DNA of 32,000 nucleotides from Candidatus Harpocratesius repetitus (GTDB lineage Archaea; Asgardarchaeota; Lokiarchaeia; Sigyniarchaeales; Promethearchaeaceae): NCBI GenBank assembly GCA_021498095.1, contig JAIZWK010000001.1, positions 1,980,001 to 2,012,000 of the forward strand, read 5' to 3'. Shown piece by piece: positions 27,856 to 32,000 of this stretch (position 1 is its first letter; each line of letters starts with the position of its first letter). The notes under the pieces were generated by a model. It saw only the letters and a program-made list of their open reading frames with translations, ran no database searches and was not told where the DNA came from. The position numbers and the translations under genes were made by a program.

Positions 27856-28812
27856 TTATCTTACAATAATAATCATAACTCCAATCATAATTAAAATTAC
27901 TCCAAAAAATGTTGTTTTGGTTATTTTTTCTTTATTTATCAAATATGCAAGAGGAATTGAAAAAAGTGGATTGGCACTGGCCATGAGAGACATGATTGTT
28001 GCTCCAGCAACTCGAGCAGCTTCTGTATATAGAAATGCACCTAATGATGTTCCTATTAACGAAGCAGCAATTAACCATCCATATGAAGTTTTAGAAATGT
28101 TTCGTAAAGGTTTTTTCTCAGTAGAATAAAGTAAAGTTGTCAAAATTAAAAATGCAGCAGGAAATCTAATAACATTACCTAATATGCTACTATAGGCACC
28201 TAAATTCAGTTGATCATTAATTTTATTTGTAGCAAAATCAATAATCACCAAACCTGCTGCCCAACCTAAACTAGCTAAAAATGCAAATAATACCGCTAAA
28301 AATGTTTTTTTCTTAGATTTTTTCGATGATGTTTTCAATTTTGTATTTTCTGTTTGAATTTTCATTTGTTCTCTAGCGATAAAGAAAACCCCTGCTGAAA
28401 TAAACAAGAAAGATAGAATTATCCACCAATTAAATGTCTCATTCAAGAATATCAAAGACAAAATAAAAGAAAACAGAGGGTATGTCATCGAAATTGCTAA
28501 AGCTTTTGTTGGACCTAATTCTTTTTGAGCAGTAAAATAACTTGTATCTCCAATAACTTGTCCGAATATAAAACTAAGAATAAGTAAAAGCCACAATTCC
28601 CATGAAAGAAGAAATATTGATGAAAATATGCCTGAAAACCAGGCTATAATGATAAAAGTAAATACACCAATCAAAGTACGAAATGCATTGATAAAAATTG
28701 GAGAAACATCATGATCACATTTCCTAAATAGGATATTTGATGCCACAAATGAGAGAGTTGCTGACAGCGCTAAAATTTCACCCGCCATATCTATTGAAAA
28801 AATTGACACCAT
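27856..28812 (-). CDS. EamA/DMT family transporter
   Basis: Two-repeat 10-TM pattern; GDTSYF-x-A, GPTKA-x-x-I-x-x-TYPLFS, LA-x-LINKEK. Confidence 0.9.
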   Translation of the reverse strand: MVSIFSIDMAGEILALSATLSFVASNILFRKCDHDVSPIFINAFRTLIGVFTFIIIAWFSGIFSSIFLLSWELWLLLILSFIFGQVIGDTSYFTAQKELGPTKALAISMTYPLFSFILSLIFLNETFNWWIILSFLFISAGVFFIAREQMKIQTENTKLKTSSKKSKKKTFLAVLFAFLASLGWAAGLVIIDFATNKINDQLNLGAYSSILGNVIRFPAAFLILTTLLYSTEKKPLRNISKTSYGWLIAASLIGTSLGAFLYTEAARVAGATIMSLMASANPLFSIPLAYLINKEKITKTTFFGVILIMIGVMIIIVR

Positions 28813-28905
28813 TAATTTCTTTTCATAAGAATGAATTATTAGAAATAAGTGTAAATAAAATTATAAATGAGATATTGTTTAGAATTGAGTAGGAAGCGGT
28901 CTGAT

Positions 28906-29301
28906 ATGGTTAAATGGTACTTTACAGTCCCTTTTATTGAATATATGAAATCTGAATTGCATGACATGATTGAAGATCAAGAAAGTACTTCAGATGTCCA
29001 CATTGCTGTTGCAATAATTACTTCATGTAAATTGGGTTGAACTATGGGAAATTTTTTCCCGTATGAGGTGGTTTCACTGTCAGTTCAAGAAGCAGAAGAA
29101 GATAAGGGTTTGCTACGAATAGAAATCGAGAAAAAACCGGATTGGTTAGATGTATTTGTTGATGAAACACTTTTATCTGATTTAAATGATCCAATGATTC
29201 TTGATTATACCGAATTAAATGAAATTCGATTTCCTTTTGTTGTGATGAACCCTGAATTTTCTTCAGATTACCACTTTTATTTTGATCTCAAATTGGAGTG
29301 A
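28906..29301 (+). CDS. Candidate selenoprotein of IscA/HesB-like fold (in-frame UGA at codon 45); alternatively a nonsense-disrupted gene
   Basis: ATG 28906 opens 44 codons, then TGA 29038-29040, then ACT-ATG in frame with the tracked 85-aa ORF. The joined 131-aa product is colinear with IscA/HesB features. TATA-like TTATAAA lies at 28861-28867. Confidence 0.55.
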
Positions 29302-29357
29302 GAATGAACCTTTGAAAGAAACCAAATTAGATTTATCAGGAATTCAAAGGGAACACC
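29295..29357 (+). promoter_or_regulatory. SECIS-like hairpin in the 3' UTR
   Basis: AUGA (29304-07), perfect 8-bp helix CCUUUGAA/UUCAAAGG (29309-16/29343-50), AAA 11 nt after AUGA, GA at 29351-52, lower helix GUG/CAC. Confidence 0.45.
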
Positions 29358-29444
29358 AAGCCGTTGGGTATACTCCTCATGGTGAAAAATAAAAAATAGA
29401 AATAGAATTGTGCTTTTAATATCTTAGTAATAAAAAAAAGATTT

Positions 29445-30257
29445 ATGGTTATAAAGTTGAAAAAAACACGACAAGAAGAATATGAAGAAATATTGGCTCA
29501 AATTCCAGAATTAGAGTATCATCCGACTACACCTTTTATTCAAACAAATCAATTGATAAAAAATTTTGAAATAAATGATCATATTATTCATGCTGTGGAT
29601 AATATTACTTTATCCATTAAACAACATGAATATATTGCAATTGTCGGAGAAAGTGGTGCTGGAAAAACCACTTTTTTGCATTTGTTGGGGGGACTTGACC
29701 TTCCAAGCTCAGGAAAAGTAATTTTAAGTTATGTAGATCTTTCTTATTTTGATCAGGAAACACTTGCTACATTTAGAATCTTTAATGTAGGAATTGTTTT
29801 TCAGAATTATAATTTAATTTCTTCCCTCACTGCTATCGAAAATATATTATTTCCAATGCAATTGTGCGAATTTTCTTCAGATGAAAACTTAACACGGGCT
29901 CATGATCTGTTAGCTAAAGTAGGTTTATCAAATCGTGCAGATCATCTTCCTTTTCAACTTAGTGCGGGGGAACAACAAAGAATTGCAATTGCAAGAGCCC
30001 TAGCATTAGATCCACCCATTATTTTAGCAGATGAACCTACAGCAAATTTAGATAAAACTAATGCTGAGTTTATTGGAAGACTTTTTGAGACATTAAGAAA
30101 ACAAGGAAAAACCATAATCGTTGCCACTCATGATGAGAAATTGATCAAACATGCACATCGAATTTTAGAAATGGCAGAAGGAAAATTTCTTAAAGATGAA
30201 GTAATTAGAGAAGTAACTTTTCAAAAAACAGATAAAGAATTAAATGAGGCGATATAG
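29445..30257 (+). CDS. ABC transporter ATP-binding protein (LolD/MacB/FtsE type)
   Basis: Walker A GESGAGKT, Q-loop VFQ, signature LSAGEQQR, Walker B ILADEPT, H-loop THD. Confidence 0.95.
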   Translation: MVIKLKKTRQEEYEEILAQIPELEYHPTTPFIQTNQLIKNFEINDHIIHAVDNITLSIKQHEYIAIVGESGAGKTTFLHLLGGLDLPSSGKVILSYVDLSYFDQETLATFRIFNVGIVFQNYNLISSLTAIENILFPMQLCEFSSDENLTRAHDLLAKVGLSNRADHLPFQLSAGEQQRIAIARALALDPPIILADEPTANLDKTNAEFIGRLFETLRKQGKTIIVATHDEKLIKHAHRILEMAEGKFLKDEVIREVTFQKTDKELNEAI

Positions 30258-32000
30258 TGGGGTTTAGTTTTGCATTAAAAGATATATTTCGACATTCAGA
30301 GCAGACTCGTGCTTATTTTCGAAATTCTATTTCAATTTTTACATTGTTTTTCGTATTTTGGAATGTGATAAGAGGATTTGGGTTCCTTTTTATGCCTAAT
30401 TCCATTCAGATGCTAAATTATACAATATATGAAATAATAACTCAATTTTATTTCTTTCTTTTTATAATTACTTCAATTTTAGCGATTTCAATTATTCTCT
30501 TAAATAATCATGCGATTATCCAAGATAGAAAGAAGGATATTGCAATTATGAAGGCAATAGGGACTTATCCTTCTCATTTATACAGTTTTTACCTTTCTGA
30601 ATTGCTATTTTTAGTTATAATAAGTTTTCTTTTAGCATGGGTTTTTGCTTTCTTTATATATTTAGCGATTTACTTAATTTTAAGTCCTATTCTTTCTATC
30701 GTTTCTTGGAATTCTGATCAAACATTTTCATTTTTATTTTTTGCAGGAATGCTCTTTGCTACTTTTATGGTAAATGGATGGGAAATTCGAAAAATTGGAA
30801 GGATTACATATAGTGAAGCAAAAAGTGGAATAATCAAAGCAGAAACAAACTGGAAGATTCAACCTGCAATACGGAAATGGCTGGCAAAACGATCATCTTC
30901 TATAAATTTGGCAGTAAGAAATGTACTACGAAAAAAATACAAAGTTCGCCAAACACTATGGCTAATATCCATTGCAAATTTGATTGTATTCTCAAGTTTA
31001 TTTGGATTAGTCATTATTAATTCGACTGGACAAAACTATATTGCAAAAGCGCAGAGTGATTATGTTGTTGCGATAGGAGAGAATACTTTATTAAAGACAT
31101 ATGCAGATGGATATTCCAGTTTTACGAATTCAGATGTTTCACCTTTATTGGAAAAAGATTTTCTTGATATTAATTCGAATCTAACAGATTTTTCATCAGA
31201 TTTAAGTAATTATTTAGATCATTATGATATAAATGGTTTTGATGCCCGACTTTTTACAGTTCAAACTATTACTGAAGATCCTGGTGTTGTTTTACAAACT
31301 TATGTAAATCTTTCAACAGGAATTGAGTATCAAGAATATGTTCTTATTGGAGGTAAAGATTCCCGAACAATCCCAATACAAGGTGTCATCTTTAACCAAA
31401 CTTTTCAAGATTGGTATTATGAAGGAGCGTTGCTTAATTATCAGTATGGGGTGGCAATAGGTGATACATTAGCAGGTGAAATCTATGAAAATCCATATGT
31501 ACAATGGTTGATATATTCTAGTCTTGATACAAATCGGACTTATCGACTTAAAGTAAATGCAGTAGTGTTTGATACATTCAATCATGGAAACTCTGCCTAC
31601 CTTTATTTGAATACTCTCCAAGAAACCTTGAAACGACCAAATTATATCAATTTAATTCTAATTGATTATAGTTCTCTCATGTTTTCAGCAGAAAATAATA
31701 TTCAAAATTCCTTTTTAGAAGGATTGGACACTCTTGTGAAGGCAAAAATGGGGAGTAATTTTGGAATTGTTGATTTAAGTTCTATATTTTCAAAGAATTT
31801 GAAATCTCTTCAAATTAACACTCTATCGTTATTAAGCTTGATCGCTTTAATGAGTATAGTTGTCAGTTATAATTTATACAATTTTGAACGAGGTCGAATA
31901 CATGAAGATAAAAAGGATTATGCGATTCTTTTATCCTTAGGGGCACGATTCAAGACACTTCATAAAACAATTTTCTTTGAATTACTCTTTTTTAGTGGAA
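30257..32000 (+). CDS. FtsX/MacB-type ABC permease (3' end beyond window)
   Basis: Not in the ORF track because there is no stop in the window. GTG at 30257 overlaps the ATPase stop, and the frame is open to the window end. MGFSFALKDIFRH..., RKKDIAIMKAIG, LAVRNVLRKK and a second KKDYAILLSLG FtsX motif. Confidence 0.9.
   Translation, partial: MGFSFALKDIFRHSEQTRAYFRNSISIFTLFFVFWNVIRGFGFLFMPNSIQMLNYTIYEIITQFYFFLFIITSILAISIILLNNHAIIQDRKKDIAIMKAIGTYPSHLYSFYLSELLFLVIISFLLAWVFAFFIYLAIYLILSPILSIVSWNSDQTFSFLFFAGMLFATFMVNGWEIRKIGRITYSEAKSGIIKAETNWKIQPAIRKWLAKRSSSINLAVRNVLRKKYKVRQTLWLISIANLIVFSSLFGLVIINSTGQNYIAKAQSDYVVAIGENTLLKTYADGYSSFTNSDVSPLLEKDFLDINSNLTDFSSDLSNYLDHYDINGFDARLFTVQTITEDPGVVLQTYVNLSTGIEYQEYVLIGGKDSRTIPIQGVIFNQTFQDWYYEGALLNYQYGVAIGDTLAGEIYENPYVQWLIYSSLDTNRTYRLKVNAVVFDTFNHGNSAYLYLNTLQETLKRPNYINLILIDYSSLMFSAENNIQNSFLEGLDTLVKAKMGSNFGIVDLSSIFSKNLKSLQINTLSLLSLIALMSIVVSYNLYNFERGRIHEDKKDYAILLSLGARFKTLHKTIFFELLFFSG

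Noticed and set aside
26025-28129. ORFs 26025..26207 and 27917..28129
   Set aside because: The first overlaps 26044..26250 in another frame; the second is antisense to the EamA gene.
29299-29436. Further in-frame TGA codons after the HesB-like ORF (TGA GAA TGA ... TGA), suggesting a UxU mimic of the IscA CGC motif
   Set aside because: The spacing from NP is much longer than in IscA, these codons lie within the putative SECIS, and the extension looks non-conserved. Termination at 29301 is simpler.
1-32000. Alternative genetic code with global UGA reassignment
   Set aside because: TGA terminates ordinary genes here (e.g. 19293-19295), and long ORFs contain no internal TGA.

Overview
AT-rich archaeal chromosomal segment, most likely from an Asgard archaeon (Lokiarchaeia-like). 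The taxon is inferred from an HMf-type histone, a TPR protein with a longin/uDENN-like C-terminus, a CTERM-type surface anchor and a Uma2-like gene with coiled-coil repeats. It is densely coding with mostly metabolic and transport genes: class III aminotransferase, deoxyhypusine synthase, pyruvoyl arginine decarboxylase, GH3 glucosidase, UppP, DAG-kinase family, GDPD, HD protein, two EamA transporters and an ABC exporter. No rRNA, tRNA, CRISPR array or clear transposase was seen. The most notable items are: (1) a candidate selenoprotein missed by the ORF track (28906..29301, IscA/HesB-like, in-frame UGA at codon 45, SECIS-like hairpin right after the stop); (2) a T6SS Hcp tube homolog with an apparent signal peptide, next to a surface-anchored protein and preceded by an operator-like palindrome; (3) a histone with a long Lys-rich N-terminal tail; (4) a divergent RtcB-like protein; (5) an Rrp4 N-terminal fragment one base out of frame with a multidomain DNA methyltransferase. 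All family calls come from motif recognition by eye; no database searches were run.
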